Below, piece after piece: positions 54,392 through 64,000 of a DNA stretch of 64,000 nt. The notes below the pieces were generated by a model. It did not search any database and was not told where the DNA came from. It saw only the letters and a program-made list of their open reading frames with translations. A program made the position numbers and the translations under genes. Source of the DNA: Candidatus Forterrea multitransposorum CG_2015-17_Forterrea_25_41 (lineage in GTDB: Archaea; Iainarchaeota; Iainarchaeia; Iainarchaeales; CSSED10-239); NCBI GenBank assembly GCA_009392915.1, contig CP045477.1, forward strand, positions 640,001 to 704,000. The letters are read 5' to 3'. Position 1 is the stretch's first letter. The number at the start of each line of letters is the position of its first letter.

Positions 54392-56530
54392 CTAAAAAGC
54401 ATCAGGCTCTGTTGCTTTTAAAAGACCAGATCTAGGTTCATAAATATCCCCTATTTTCTTAAGCTTTGAAATAGCATCCATTACTTTATCTTTATCATGA
54501 CCTTCTTTTGTTGTAAAATCAATAAACTCTTTTGTGGTAATAGGATCTTTTGAAGATAAATCTTTTAAATATTTTAAAACAACTTTAATAAAGTTTCTCT
54601 CACTTTGAGATTGACCAGTCTGCAAAATATCAATATCAATCTTACCAGTCTCTTTATCCATAGCAACTTGCTCTAAAGAAGTTTTAAATATCCTAATTGC
54701 TCTTTGAGCATCTTCTGCATCAATGGTTTTTTTAAGTTTTATTTTAGCACTAGCTTCAGATAATCTTATAAAACCTTCAAGCTGTCTTGGTGTTGCAGTA
54801 AAACTTCTATTTTTTCTACCTAAATCTCTTAACTCAACATAATATTTTAAAATAATATCAGAAGCTTCTTTTGAAAGAACAGGACGTATATTCTGTCTTG
54901 CAAAAGCTACAAATTTTTTAAAAAGATTAGGATCAATTGAAGGAAGTATTTCTTTTTCAATATCATTTAATTCTTCTTTTGAAATAGTTTTATCTCTACC
55001 AGATAATTTTTCTGCAAGTTCTTGAGTTCTTAAAACATGTTTTGCAATATCTGAATCCATTTGTCTATCTAAAAGATCTGGAATTACAAAATAAAGATCA
55101 AATCTTGAAAGAAGAGAAAAAGGTAAGTCAATTTGTTCTAAAGGATTCTTATAAGGATCAAACCTATTGTATTTTGGATTTGCAGCAGCTAAAACTGATG
55201 TATCAGCTCTAAATTTACTATATAAACCTGCCTTAGATACAGAAACTGTAGCTTGAGCCATTGCTTCGTGAAGAGAAGATCTATCATCTGCACCAATCTT
55301 ATCAAACTCATCAATCATTGCAATTCCACCACTTGCTAAAATAATAGCACCGGCTTTTAAAGTCCAACCACCTTCTCCATATTCATCTTTCACAGCAGAA
55401 ACTGTAAGACCAGCACCAGAAACTGTTTTTCCTGCAACATATATACTTTTTGGAGCTAAAATATTTGCATATTCTAAAATTTTAGATTTACCAGTAGAAG
55501 GATCTCCCACAAGAAGAATATGTATGTTTCCTCTAAACTTTTGTTTTGCAATTTCTTTTTTAACACCACCAAACATTTGTAAGGTTACAGCTTCTTTTAC
55601 AACTTCATGTCCAAAGATATTAGGAGCAACTGATTTTGATAATAATTGATAAACATCTTCTTTTTTTGAAAGAGCTTTAATATCTTGTTCTTCTTCATAA
55701 GATATTTTTAATTCTTCATACTCTTGATCTATTTTTTCAATATGGTTTGCAACTAGATATCTTGAAAAAATATTAATGTCTCCTTTTGGAGGTCTTAATT
55801 TTAATGTACCAGTTACAATTATTTTATCTCCAGCTGAACATCTATTAACTAAATCATCTGATAAATAAACATCTATGTTAGAGGCTTGTTCTGAACCTTT
55901 TAAGTTTTCTAAAGGTTCTTGAATTTGTATTTTTTGATAATCAATAAATTTAGATTGTTCTAAATCTAAATCAAACTCTCTAGATTTACATTCATTACAC
56001 ATTACAGGTTTTACAAGTTGTTGTGTTTTTTGAGATAAAACAACTGGAGTTGAACATTTTCTACAAATATAATAAGCTTGAGTTAATTTTTCTAATTTTT
56101 CAGTAATAACTCTTATTGTTCCTTCAACAGAGACAAGATCAGTTAAATGTTCAGAACCAACTTCCCTTATTGAAACTCTGTATTCTTCAGGAAGATTAAA
56201 AAATCTTACAATAGGTTCAAAATTATCTTCAATTTCTGAATCTAAAATACCAAGATCTATTTTTTTAATAGCAACATTTGCTGCTTCAAAAATAATACCT
56301 GGAGAAGATAATAACCTTTCTGCTAAATTTAGATCAAAATCTTCTAATTTTTTATAATCAATATCTAATGATTTTTTTGTAGGATAATTAGAGGCTAATT
56401 GTTCAATTTCTTTTTTATAAACATCTTCAAAAAAATCTATAAAGAGATCAACATATTCATCAACTAAAATACTCTTTGATTCTTTAATATCAAACTCGTT
56501 TAATTCTTTTTCAAGATCTATATCAACCAT
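54392..56530 (-). CDS. mcm: MCM replicative helicase
   Basis: Zn finger (CRKCSTP...CNECKS), Walker A GDPSTGKS, Walker B IDEFDKI, arginine finger SRFDL, and a C-terminal wHTH. Confidence 0.95.
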   Translation of the reverse strand: MVDIDLEKELNEFDIKESKSILVDEYVDLFIDFFEDVYKKEIEQLASNYPTKKSLDIDYKKLEDFDLNLAERLLSSPGIIFEAANVAIKKIDLGILDSEIEDNFEPIVRFFNLPEEYRVSIREVGSEHLTDLVSVEGTIRVITEKLEKLTQAYYICRKCSTPVVLSQKTQQLVKPVMCNECKSREFDLDLEQSKFIDYQKIQIQEPLENLKGSEQASNIDVYLSDDLVNRCSAGDKIIVTGTLKLRPPKGDINIFSRYLVANHIEKIDQEYEELKISYEEEQDIKALSKKEDVYQLLSKSVAPNIFGHEVVKEAVTLQMFGGVKKEIAKQKFRGNIHILLVGDPSTGKSKILEYANILAPKSIYVAGKTVSGAGLTVSAVKDEYGEGGWTLKAGAIILASGGIAMIDEFDKIGADDRSSLHEAMAQATVSVSKAGLYSKFRADTSVLAAANPKYNRFDPYKNPLEQIDLPFSLLSRFDLYFVIPDLLDRQMDSDIAKHVLRTQELAEKLSGRDKTISKEELNDIEKEILPSIDPNLFKKFVAFARQNIRPVLSKEASDIILKYYVELRDLGRKNRSFTATPRQLEGFIRLSEASAKIKLKKTIDAEDAQRAIRIFKTSLEQVAMDKETGKIDIDILQTGQSQSERNFIKVVLKYLKDLSSKDPITTKEFIDFTTKEGHDKDKVMDAISKLKKIGDIYEPRSGLLKATEPDAF

Positions 56531-56600
56531 TAATTATCAACTTTTTTTTGTTCTATCATTATATTTAAGTTCCCAAAACCTTTTTAAAGGTAAATTGGGA

Positions 56601-56622
56601 GGGAGAGGATGTGGCCGAGAAA
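56601..56622. promoter_or_regulatory. GC-rich conserved upstream element (GGGAGAGGATGTGGCCGAGAAA), ~82 nt upstream of the mcm start
   Basis: Same TGGCCGAGAAA 11-mer and G-run as upstream of radA, in the same orientation and at the same spacing relative to the downstream gene. Confidence 0.3.
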
Positions 56623-56980
56623 GAAAAAAAAAAATTTTTTCTAAAAGATAATTTATTTTTCCTTTAACTTTTCACAAACCTCTTTTTTATTGATAACTAT
56701 TATATGTTTATAAAAAAGCAGAATTTTATATAAAGTAATTATACAGTAAAATGATTATAATTAGATTTAGTTTAGAAAACTAAGAAAATTGTTAAAAATA
56801 GATATAAATTGAACTAAATATAGTTAATTTATTTAAGTTAACGAAAAGTTTATAAAAGAAAAATTAAAAAAGAAAAGAAATAACCCTCTTTTTCTCTTTT
56901 AAAAAAGAAATAAAGGTTATTTTTTATTTTAAGATTGTATTTTTAAGTTTTAAACAAATAAGGATTCTAATGTTTTAAAA

Positions 56981-57172
56981 TTAAACTTTTTGAACATTAA
57001 TTGCTTTTTGACCTTTTTCATCTTCTGTAACTTCAAAAGTAACAGGCATACCATCTTTAATCATTTGTCCGTCAGCAACGCCTGAACTATGAACAAAGTA
57101 GTCTTTACCATCTTCTCCAGTTATAAAACCGAAATTTTTTTTAAAATTATAGAATTTAACAGTACCATTCAT
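56981..57172 (-). CDS. cold-shock protein (CspA family, bacterial type)
   Basis: MNGTVKFYNFKKNFGFITGEDGKDYFVHSS carries the RNP1-like KGFGFI core; 63 aa. Confidence 0.8.
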   Translation of the reverse strand: MNGTVKFYNFKKNFGFITGEDGKDYFVHSSGVADGQMIKDGMPVTFEVTEDEKGQKAINVQKV

Positions 57173-57546
57173 ATTTTTTTCACTCTTTTTTTATATTTTT
57201 TTTTTATTTAAAACAATATCTTAGATAACCAAGTTTTCTTTATAAAAATAAGTTATTTAAAAGAATCATTAAAAATAAAGATTTTTAATTCATAGTATAA
57301 AAATTTTATTAAAAATAGTTAATTATTGTTTTATTGTCAATTGTAGTATAAGGATTTGATAATAAATAGTTTTTATTTTTATTAAAACATTTTCCATTGA
57401 ATTTATTTTTTATTTTTATTTTCTTTAACAACACATTTTATTTTTTCAACTTTGTTATTAATCATTTATCATTTTATAATGTAATTATAGATTAGAAAAG
57501 TATATAAAGGGTTTTATTTTGTATTATATAAAAACTGTGATTATAT

Positions 57547-58323
57547 ATGACTATATTTAAAAAAATAATAACAACTTATAATAATGAAGGATTAAAGAAA
57601 TTATTATTAAAAAGTAAAAATTATATTAATAGAAAATATTTTAAAAAAGATAAAAATATATTTCACAATATAATTACACTAATAAAAATAAAAAGATTTA
57701 TTAAAAATAATAAAAACCCAAATATTAAAAAAATTATTAATTTTTTATTTAATAATAACTTAACTATTAGACCAGCACAAATAAAATATGAACTTAAAGA
57801 ATTATTAGAATTATTAATTTTAAATAATCCAAAATATGTCTTGGAAATTGGCACATACAATGGGGGAACACTATTTACTTTTTCTCAAATTAGTAATAAA
57901 AAGTCAACAATTATTTCTTTAGATCTACCAAATGGAAAATATGGCGGTGGATACCCTAATTGGAAAAAAAAAATATACAAAGCATTTATTTTAAAAACAC
58001 AAAAAATACATTTAATTAGAAAAAACTCTCATCTTAAAGAAAGCTACTTAGAAGTTAAATCAATACTTAAAAACAAAAAACTAGACTTTCTATTTATAGA
58101 TGGTGATCACACATACGATGGAGTTAAAAAAGATTTTAAATTATATAGTACTTTTGTTAAAAAAGGAGGTATAATTGCATTACACGATATAGTTGTTCAC
58201 CCTCCTAAATTAAATTGTCATGTAAATGAATTTTGGAAAGAACTAAAAAATAAATACAAATATAAAGAGATAATAAAAAATAAAAATCAAGGATGGGGGG
58301 GAATTGGGATAATTTACAAATAA
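57547..58323 (+). CDS. class I SAM-dependent methyltransferase (CmcI/Methyltransf_24-like, glycan O-methyltransferase type)
   Basis: VLEIGTYNGGT (motif I), SLDL, FLFIDGDHTYDGVKKDF, and IALHDI match the CmcI-like O-MTase layout. Confidence 0.6.
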   Translation: MTIFKKIITTYNNEGLKKLLLKSKNYINRKYFKKDKNIFHNIITLIKIKRFIKNNKNPNIKKIINFLFNNNLTIRPAQIKYELKELLELLILNNPKYVLEIGTYNGGTLFTFSQISNKKSTIISLDLPNGKYGGGYPNWKKKIYKAFILKTQKIHLIRKNSHLKESYLEVKSILKNKKLDFLFIDGDHTYDGVKKDFKLYSTFVKKGGIIALHDIVVHPPKLNCHVNEFWKELKNKYKYKEIIKNKNQGWGGIGIIYK

Positions 58324-58330
58324 GATAAAT

Positions 58331-59134
58331 ATGAATACAAAAGTATCAATCTTAATTTGCACATATAATTGTGAAAAATACATAAAAAACACAATTCAAA
58401 CAATATTAGATCAAACTTACAAAAATTGGGAACTTTTAATATTAGATAATAATTCTAAAGATAGCACTAAAAATATACTTTCAAAATACAAAAAAAATAA
58501 AAAGATAAAATTATTTTTTTCAAAAAATAATAAAGGAGCATATTCTGGACTTAACTATCTAATTAAAAAAGCAAAAGGAAAATATATTGCAATCCAAGAT
58601 CATGATGACCTATGGCACCCTAATAAATTAAAAGTACAAGTTAAATTTTTAAACGAAAATAAAAAATATATAGGGTGTGGAACAAATCAAATTACTTATT
58701 ATGAAAAAGAAAAAAAAATTTATTTTGGGTCAGTTAAAAAAGATAATTTTTTTGCATGCCACACTACATTAATGTTTAGAAACAATAATTTTTATTACAA
58801 TCCTAATATTTCTTTTGAAACAGACCTATATTTTATGAAAAAAATTATTTGCAAAGATGAATTAAAAATATATAATATTAATAAATTTTATAGTGTACAT
58901 ATTATTAGAAAAGATCAAAATAACTTAACAATAAAAACAATTAAAGAAAATAGTTTAATAGAAATAATAAAAATAATAAAAATAAATAATAGATCTAATA
59001 TAAAATATTTTTTAAAAATAATATTTATAAAATATTTTTATAAAATTTACAAAATAATTGAAAATAAAAAAATAAAAAAAATAAAAAACAAAAATAAAAT
59101 TAACTATTTTAAAAAATATTTAAAAGTAGATTAA
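58331..59134 (+). CDS. family 2 glycosyltransferase
   Basis: VSILICTYNCEKYI...LDNNSKD (DxD-type) and IQDHDD. Confidence 0.7.
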   Translation: MNTKVSILICTYNCEKYIKNTIQTILDQTYKNWELLILDNNSKDSTKNILSKYKKNKKIKLFFSKNNKGAYSGLNYLIKKAKGKYIAIQDHDDLWHPNKLKVQVKFLNENKKYIGCGTNQITYYEKEKKIYFGSVKKDNFFACHTTLMFRNNNFYYNPNISFETDLYFMKKIICKDELKIYNINKFYSVHIIRKDQNNLTIKTIKENSLIEIIKIIKINNRSNIKYFLKIIFIKYFYKIYKIIENKKIKKIKNKNKINYFKKYLKVD

Positions 59135-59135
59135 A

Positions 59136-60053
59136 ATGGATTTAATTAGCATAGTATTACCAGTATTTAATTCAGAAAAATTTATTTTTAAATCAATAAA
59201 AAGTATTCTTAATCAAACATACAAACATATTGAATTAATTATAATTAATGACGCATCTACAGACAATAGCGAAAAAATTATTTTAAAATTTAAAGATAAA
59301 AGAATAAAATATATTAAAAATAAATTTAATTTAGGAGAACAAAAAACTACTAATGTAGGTTTAAAACTATGTAAAGGAAAATATATATCTATAATGCACT
59401 CAGACGATATAGCTCATAAAAATAAAATAGAAGAACAAACAAACTATTTAAATAAAAATAAAAATATATTTTTAGTTGGCACAAGTTATAATATTATTGA
59501 TGAAAATGAAAAAATAATAAAAATAGTTAATAAAAAAATAACACCAAAAAAAATAAATAAAAAAATACTTAAAGGAAAAAATATAATCTGCCATCCTACA
59601 ATAATGTTTAGAAAAGAAAAAATAAATTACAGATCAAAAATATACTATTGCCCAGATTTAGATTTGTATTTAAGATTAATTAAAAAAAATAAAAAAATAG
59701 CTATTTTAAATAAAGTTTTATTAAACTACAGAGTACACTTTAATCAAATAAGTATTTCTAAAAAATATAAACAAAACTTATTTAAAAAAATAACTCTAGA
59801 AATTAACAATGGAGAAAGAAAATATAAATTATTTAATCCTCAAAAAATATTAAACATAAATGAAAAAAAATTAGATTACAAAGAACAGATTATATACCAC
59901 TATTTATATAAAAATCCTAAAAAAATTAGAGATAATTATATCAAATACATATATAAAGAAAAAAAAATTGACAAATATTTATTTTATTATTTATATTCTT
60001 ATTTAATTAACATTTACATTTTATTTAGAAACAATAAAAGAATATATTTTTAA
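59136..60053 (+). CDS. family 2 glycosyltransferase
   Basis: ISIVLPVFNSEKFI...INDASTDNS and IMHSDD. Confidence 0.7.
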   Translation: MDLISIVLPVFNSEKFIFKSIKSILNQTYKHIELIIINDASTDNSEKIILKFKDKRIKYIKNKFNLGEQKTTNVGLKLCKGKYISIMHSDDIAHKNKIEEQTNYLNKNKNIFLVGTSYNIIDENEKIIKIVNKKITPKKINKKILKGKNIICHPTIMFRKEKINYRSKIYYCPDLDLYLRLIKKNKKIAILNKVLLNYRVHFNQISISKKYKQNLFKKITLEINNGERKYKLFNPQKILNINEKKLDYKEQIIYHYLYKNPKKIRDNYIKYIYKEKKIDKYLFYYLYSYLINIYILFRNNKRIYF

Positions 60054-61208
60054 AATAGCAATATTAATTTTTGAAATATAATAATTTTTAGAATATTTCA
60101 TAATTTTTTTATATTCCCATTTTTTATTTAATCCATAATTAATTAAAAAAAACAATTTGTTAAAATTATAAGGATCATCTAATATAATTCCTATGTCTGG
60201 AAAAATAATTTCTTCCATTCCACCAGCACTTGAACCTAAAAAAGGACATCCACAAGTCAATGCCTCTAACATAACAGTAGGGTTTCCTTCAAAATAACTT
60301 GGCAAAACAAATAAATCAGAAGCACTCATCCAAATAGGTATTTCATTGTGAGATTTTGAACCAACTACTTTAATATATTTAGTTAAATTTAATTTAATTA
60401 TTTCTTGTTTAATTTTAAATTCATCTTTTCCAGAACCTATTAAATATAGAACAAAATCACCTCTTACTTTTGATAATTCATTAATAGCTTTTATTAAATT
60501 AATTTGATTCTTAATATCAACAATATAATTACCAACATGTAAAATAATTTTCTTGTTTAGAGGTAATTTTAATTTTTTCCTAGCAATTACTTGTGACGTA
60601 TTTTTAAAATAATTAGGAATTCCATTAGGAATTATTTTATATTTATCTTTAACGTCAACAATTGAATTTACTTTATTCATATTTTTTTTAGAAACAGTAA
60701 TAAAATAATCACAATTATTTAAAGTATAAATAAACTTACTTTTATTATTTTTATTTCTAAAAGGAAAATCATAAACATCAAATCCATGACCAGTAACAAT
60801 TAATTTAATACCATATTTCTCTTTTAATTTACTTGCAACATATCCAGAAGGATATGTGAAATGAGCATGCATTAAATCAAATTTCAAGTTATTTTTTTTA
60901 ATAACACTATCGACTGAATCAAATAAATTAAATGTTTTATAACTAATTTTATTTGGAAGTTTAAAATAAGTTGTATAATAAACTTCTATATTTTTATAAC
61001 AATAATTCTTATTATTAAGTCTATTTTTATAACCTTTAACAAACTTACTTAAAAAAATAGAAAAATAAGGTGTTGGTACAATTACATACACTTTTTTAAA
61101 ATATTTTGAAAGTTCATCAACCTGTGTTTTTACAAAAGTACAATCTATACTACCTTCTTTATTAGGATAACCATTAGAAATAATCAATAAGTTCTTATCT
61201 TTAAACAT
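60021..61208 (-). CDS. GT-B glycosyltransferase (GT4-like)
   Basis: C-terminal E(x7)E-type motif SYFEGNPTVMLEALTCGCPFLGSSAGGMEEI. Confidence 0.7.
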   Translation of the reverse strand: MFKDKNLLIISNGYPNKEGSIDCTFVKTQVDELSKYFKKVYVIVPTPYFSIFLSKFVKGYKNRLNNKNYCYKNIEVYYTTYFKLPNKISYKTFNLFDSVDSVIKKNNLKFDLMHAHFTYPSGYVASKLKEKYGIKLIVTGHGFDVYDFPFRNKNNKSKFIYTLNNCDYFITVSKKNMNKVNSIVDVKDKYKIIPNGIPNYFKNTSQVIARKKLKLPLNKKIILHVGNYIVDIKNQINLIKAINELSKVRGDFVLYLIGSGKDEFKIKQEIIKLNLTKYIKVVGSKSHNEIPIWMSASDLFVLPSYFEGNPTVMLEALTCGCPFLGSSAGGMEEIIFPDIGIILDDPYNFNKLFFLINYGLNKKWEYKKIMKYSKNYYISKINIAILKIYSFIVSK

Positions 61209-62242
61209 TATTTTTTACTCCTTTTTAATGAATTAAATAGCAAATCCACAAATTTAGATATGTTTGTAGATTTTAACTTTTTAGCTTTATTTTTTTTAAC
61301 AAGCATAATATTTTTAACAGTTTTTAACTTTTTTAAATAACCTTTTTTTAATAAATATTTATCAACACCCCCTATTTTTAAAGCTAATATAGTGTATACC
61401 GGAGTGCCTAATGCACAAGCCTCTCTATTCATAGTGCCACCTGCGCTTATCACTAAATCAGATTGTTTAATTAAACTAGGAGCGTCAATAGCTTTAACAG
61501 GAATTATAAAATTATTATATTTATTAGATTTTATTAAATTAATTTGATCTACATCTCTCCCTAAATATACTACAACTACATTTTTTTTATTTGATAAATA
61601 ATTTATTAAATCTAAATAAATATTATTTTTAATCCCTTTATGATATAAAGATTTTTCAGCAGGAGGTCTAAAAACTACAATTATCTTTTTAGAATCTATA
61701 TTTAATTTTTTTAAAATTTTATTATCAAAATTATAATCAGAAAGATACATTTGCTCTTTAAGACCATCATATTTAATAATTTTTTTATCATTAACACCAA
61801 ATTTATATAAATCTTTTGAATTTATATATTTAGGACAAACTATTTTTGTTGCACATCTAAAATTAATATGATGGAATTGAGCATACTCATAATCAAAGAT
61901 ATCTATTATAGGTATTCTTGAAATCCAAGAAACGATACAAATATCAATAGAATTATGAGATAAAGATAAATGAAATTTATGTTTTATTGAAAAAAATAAT
62001 AATCGAATAGACCTTGTTATAAGGAACAATATTTTTTTAAATAAATTATTTCCTGCATATTTTCCAAATTTATAATACTTAATATTATATTGATCTAGTA
62101 AATCATAGGTCTGCGCAAAATCTCTTGCAGTAACTATAACTTTAAAGCCTCTTTTTTCTAAATTTTTTATAATAGGTCTAAAAAACAAAACGTGAGGTGA
62201 ATTTGTAACATCAATCCATATTTTTTTAACCATAATAATCAA
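61208..62242 (-). CDS. DUF354-like GT-B fold protein (putative glycosyltransferase/epimerase)
   Basis: N-terminus KKIWIDVTNSPHVLFFRPIIKNLEKRGFKVIVTARD resembles the archaeal DUF354 pattern (IWIDI.N.PHVHFF..I...L...GH.V.ITARD). Confidence 0.45.
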   Translation of the reverse strand: MIIMVKKIWIDVTNSPHVLFFRPIIKNLEKRGFKVIVTARDFAQTYDLLDQYNIKYYKFGKYAGNNLFKKILFLITRSIRLLFFSIKHKFHLSLSHNSIDICIVSWISRIPIIDIFDYEYAQFHHINFRCATKIVCPKYINSKDLYKFGVNDKKIIKYDGLKEQMYLSDYNFDNKILKKLNIDSKKIIVVFRPPAEKSLYHKGIKNNIYLDLINYLSNKKNVVVVYLGRDVDQINLIKSNKYNNFIIPVKAIDAPSLIKQSDLVISAGGTMNREACALGTPVYTILALKIGGVDKYLLKKGYLKKLKTVKNIMLVKKNKAKKLKSTNISKFVDLLFNSLKRSKK

Positions 62243-63691
62243 TTATTTTTTAAAAGTAAATAATATTTCTTTAATTTCAGTAATAGAAAGTATTTTTGTA
62301 ACAAATAATAAAATTAAATAAATAAAACCACTAATTAATAATATAAATAATATATCTAAAGAATTATAAAAGAATCTAATTACATAAATATTTTTTAAAA
62401 AATAAACTGCAAAACACATTAAAATACTAGATAAAAATAATTTAATAAAATCTATTTTAAAACTAAAAAAGGTGATTTTTTTAGTATGAATAGATAAATA
62501 TATTAAATTAATAATTTCAGATATAACAGTTGTTATTGCAGCTCCGATTATTCCAAATAAAGGTATAAATATAAAATTTAAGAAAATATTAATTCCAGTT
62601 GATATTCCTCTTATTTTTAAAACAAATTTTTCTTTATTATGAGCCATTAAAAAAATAGTGAAAATTACTGAAAAAGACATAAGGAAGAAAAATAAAAGTA
62701 ATATAGAAAAAGAAGTGCTTGCTAGAATATACTCACTACCAAAAACTAATTGAATAATCTCTTTTGAAAGTAATATTCCACCTAAAAAAATTGGAAAAGA
62801 AATAATCATTGAAACTTTTAAAAATTTATTTAATATTGAAGATACTTGTTTTTTAAAAGAATACTTTGAAAATAAATTAAAAAATACAAAACTAAATAAA
62901 CTAATTATTGCAGTTAAAAAACTAATCAATGTAACACTTGAAGAATAAAGCCCTAATTGAAAATCATTTATAAAAAAAGAAATAAATAATTTATCAAAAT
63001 TAAAAAAAATTATTGTAAAAAGATTAGACAAAGCAAATGGCCAAGAATATTTTAACTTTTCAATAAAAAAAGAAATATTTAATTTTAAATTAAGTTTAAC
63101 ATATTTTTTAACAATAAAAAACAAATATAAAAAAACAATAAAGAAAGCAATTACTTGAGATAAAAATATACCTAATAGCCCTTGATTAAAATAAATAACA
63201 ATTATTGCTAAAACAGTATATAATAATTTAGATAATAATTCTTGATAAGCCTGATATTTAAAATTTTGAAGAGAAGATAATAAATTATAAATTGTATTAG
63301 AACTATAATGAAAAATTAAATAAAATAAACCTAAAAAAATCATTTCTTTAACAATAAATGGCTTATCTATAAACAAAGAAACAAAAATCATTACAAGAGA
63401 TACTAAAAATAACAAAAACATCTTTGGCAGAAAAAGATCATTAAAATATTTATCCTTAAGAGAAGGATTCTTTGAAACATCCCTAAATATCAAAGTGTTT
63501 ATCCCTAAATCACCAAAGATTGCAAAAAGTCCAATAAATGACAAAACAAAATTTAAATAACCATAATTTTCAACACCTAAATATCTAGGAATTAAAGTAA
63601 TAGTTACAATAGATAATAGATAAACTAAAAACTTAGAAATAGATAAATAACCAATATTTCTAATAACTCCTCTTTTTTCTTCTAACTCCAT
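62243..63691 (-). CDS. polysaccharide/oligosaccharide flippase (Wzx/MOP superfamily)
   Basis: 482 aa with ~12-14 predicted TM helices. Sits with the GT genes. Confidence 0.6.
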   Translation of the reverse strand: MELEEKRGVIRNIGYLSISKFLVYLLSIVTITLIPRYLGVENYGYLNFVLSFIGLFAIFGDLGINTLIFRDVSKNPSLKDKYFNDLFLPKMFLLFLVSLVMIFVSLFIDKPFIVKEMIFLGLFYLIFHYSSNTIYNLLSSLQNFKYQAYQELLSKLLYTVLAIIVIYFNQGLLGIFLSQVIAFFIVFLYLFFIVKKYVKLNLKLNISFFIEKLKYSWPFALSNLFTIIFFNFDKLFISFFINDFQLGLYSSSVTLISFLTAIISLFSFVFFNLFSKYSFKKQVSSILNKFLKVSMIISFPIFLGGILLSKEIIQLVFGSEYILASTSFSILLLFFFLMSFSVIFTIFLMAHNKEKFVLKIRGISTGINIFLNFIFIPLFGIIGAAITTVISEIINLIYLSIHTKKITFFSFKIDFIKLFLSSILMCFAVYFLKNIYVIRFFYNSLDILFILLISGFIYLILLFVTKILSITEIKEILFTFKK

Positions 63692-63742
63692 AATAAATAT
63701 AAATATATAAACAAATTTATAAAAACATAGTTTTTTTTAATA

Positions 63743-64000
63743 TTAAAATAATTTCTTATACCATAAAAACAAACCAATAACAACAGATATAACAAAAGAA
63801 ATTAAAAGTATAAATATAAAAGCACTAGGATTATCTTGAAAAGGCAAAATAACATTCATACCATAAAGACTTGCAACTAAAGTAGGAATTGCAATAATAA
63901 TTGACATAGATGTTAAAAATTTAACAATTCTATTTAAATTATTAGAAATTAAGGAAGAAACTACATTTAAAGTATGCTTTAAATTATCAGAATAAATATT
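63743..64000 (-). CDS. CorA-family Mg2+ transporter, C-terminal fragment (5' end outside window)
   Basis: Hand translation of the minus strand gives ...PTLVASLYGMNVILPFQDNP...FVISVVIGLFLWYKKLF*. It carries the CorA YGMN signature between the two C-terminal TM helices. Confidence 0.55.
   Translation of the reverse strand, partial: NIYSDNLKHTLNVVSSLISNNLNRIVKFLTSMSIIIAIPTLVASLYGMNVILPFQDNPSAFIFILLISFVISVVIGLFLWYKKLF

Noticed and set aside
1-64000. CRISPR arrays, rRNA genes, transposases/IS elements
   Set aside because: I looked for regularly spaced direct repeats, GC-rich structured RNA blocks beyond the three tRNAs, and transposase-like ORFs. None were seen.

Overview
This is a very AT-rich, gene-dense archaeal window in which most proteins are short and many neighbouring genes overlap by 4 nt. 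Gene content suggests a DPANN-type genome, but that is inference.

The backbone is conserved information-processing and energy genes:
- The complete archaeal exosome/proteasome superoperon (Rpp30-Pop5-psmA-SBDS-Rrp4-Rrp41-Rrp42-L37ae-RpoP-Brix-Pcc1-prefoldin beta).
- argS next to tRNA-Arg, a sufCBD-sufU operon, radA, topoisomerase VI A and B, MCM, eIF1A/RIO/KH/eIF2beta, an archaeal histone and aEF-1beta.
- A porGDAB operon and an AMP-forming acetyl-CoA synthetase.
- Three tRNAs: Arg-TCG, Arg-TCT and Cys-GCA.

The unusual content is:
- A LAGLIDADG intein (372 aa) splitting the TPP motif of PorB, and an HD hydrolase embedded in the por operon.
- A 286-aa H-cluster-only [FeFe]-hydrogenase-like gene beside the SUF operon.
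- A fusion of an AsnB-type glutamine amidotransferase with a Dph6 diphthine-ammonia ligase.
- An ArsR / cysteine desulfurase / DUF1858 / secreted CPYC-thioredoxin / Trx-DsbD cluster, plus a separate membrane-anchored DsbA-like protein with a poly-Lys tail.
- Two tandem paralogous small basic proteins inserted between psmA and SBDS in the otherwise canonical superoperon.
- A GC-rich 11-mer (TGGCCGAGAAA) at the same spacing upstream of radA and mcm.
- Pilin-like genes with class III signal peptides, and a wHTH-MNT/HEPN pair whose HEPN gene carries an in-frame TAA.
- A surface-glycan gene island next to a bacterial-type cold-shock protein.

No CRISPR array and no rRNA were seen.
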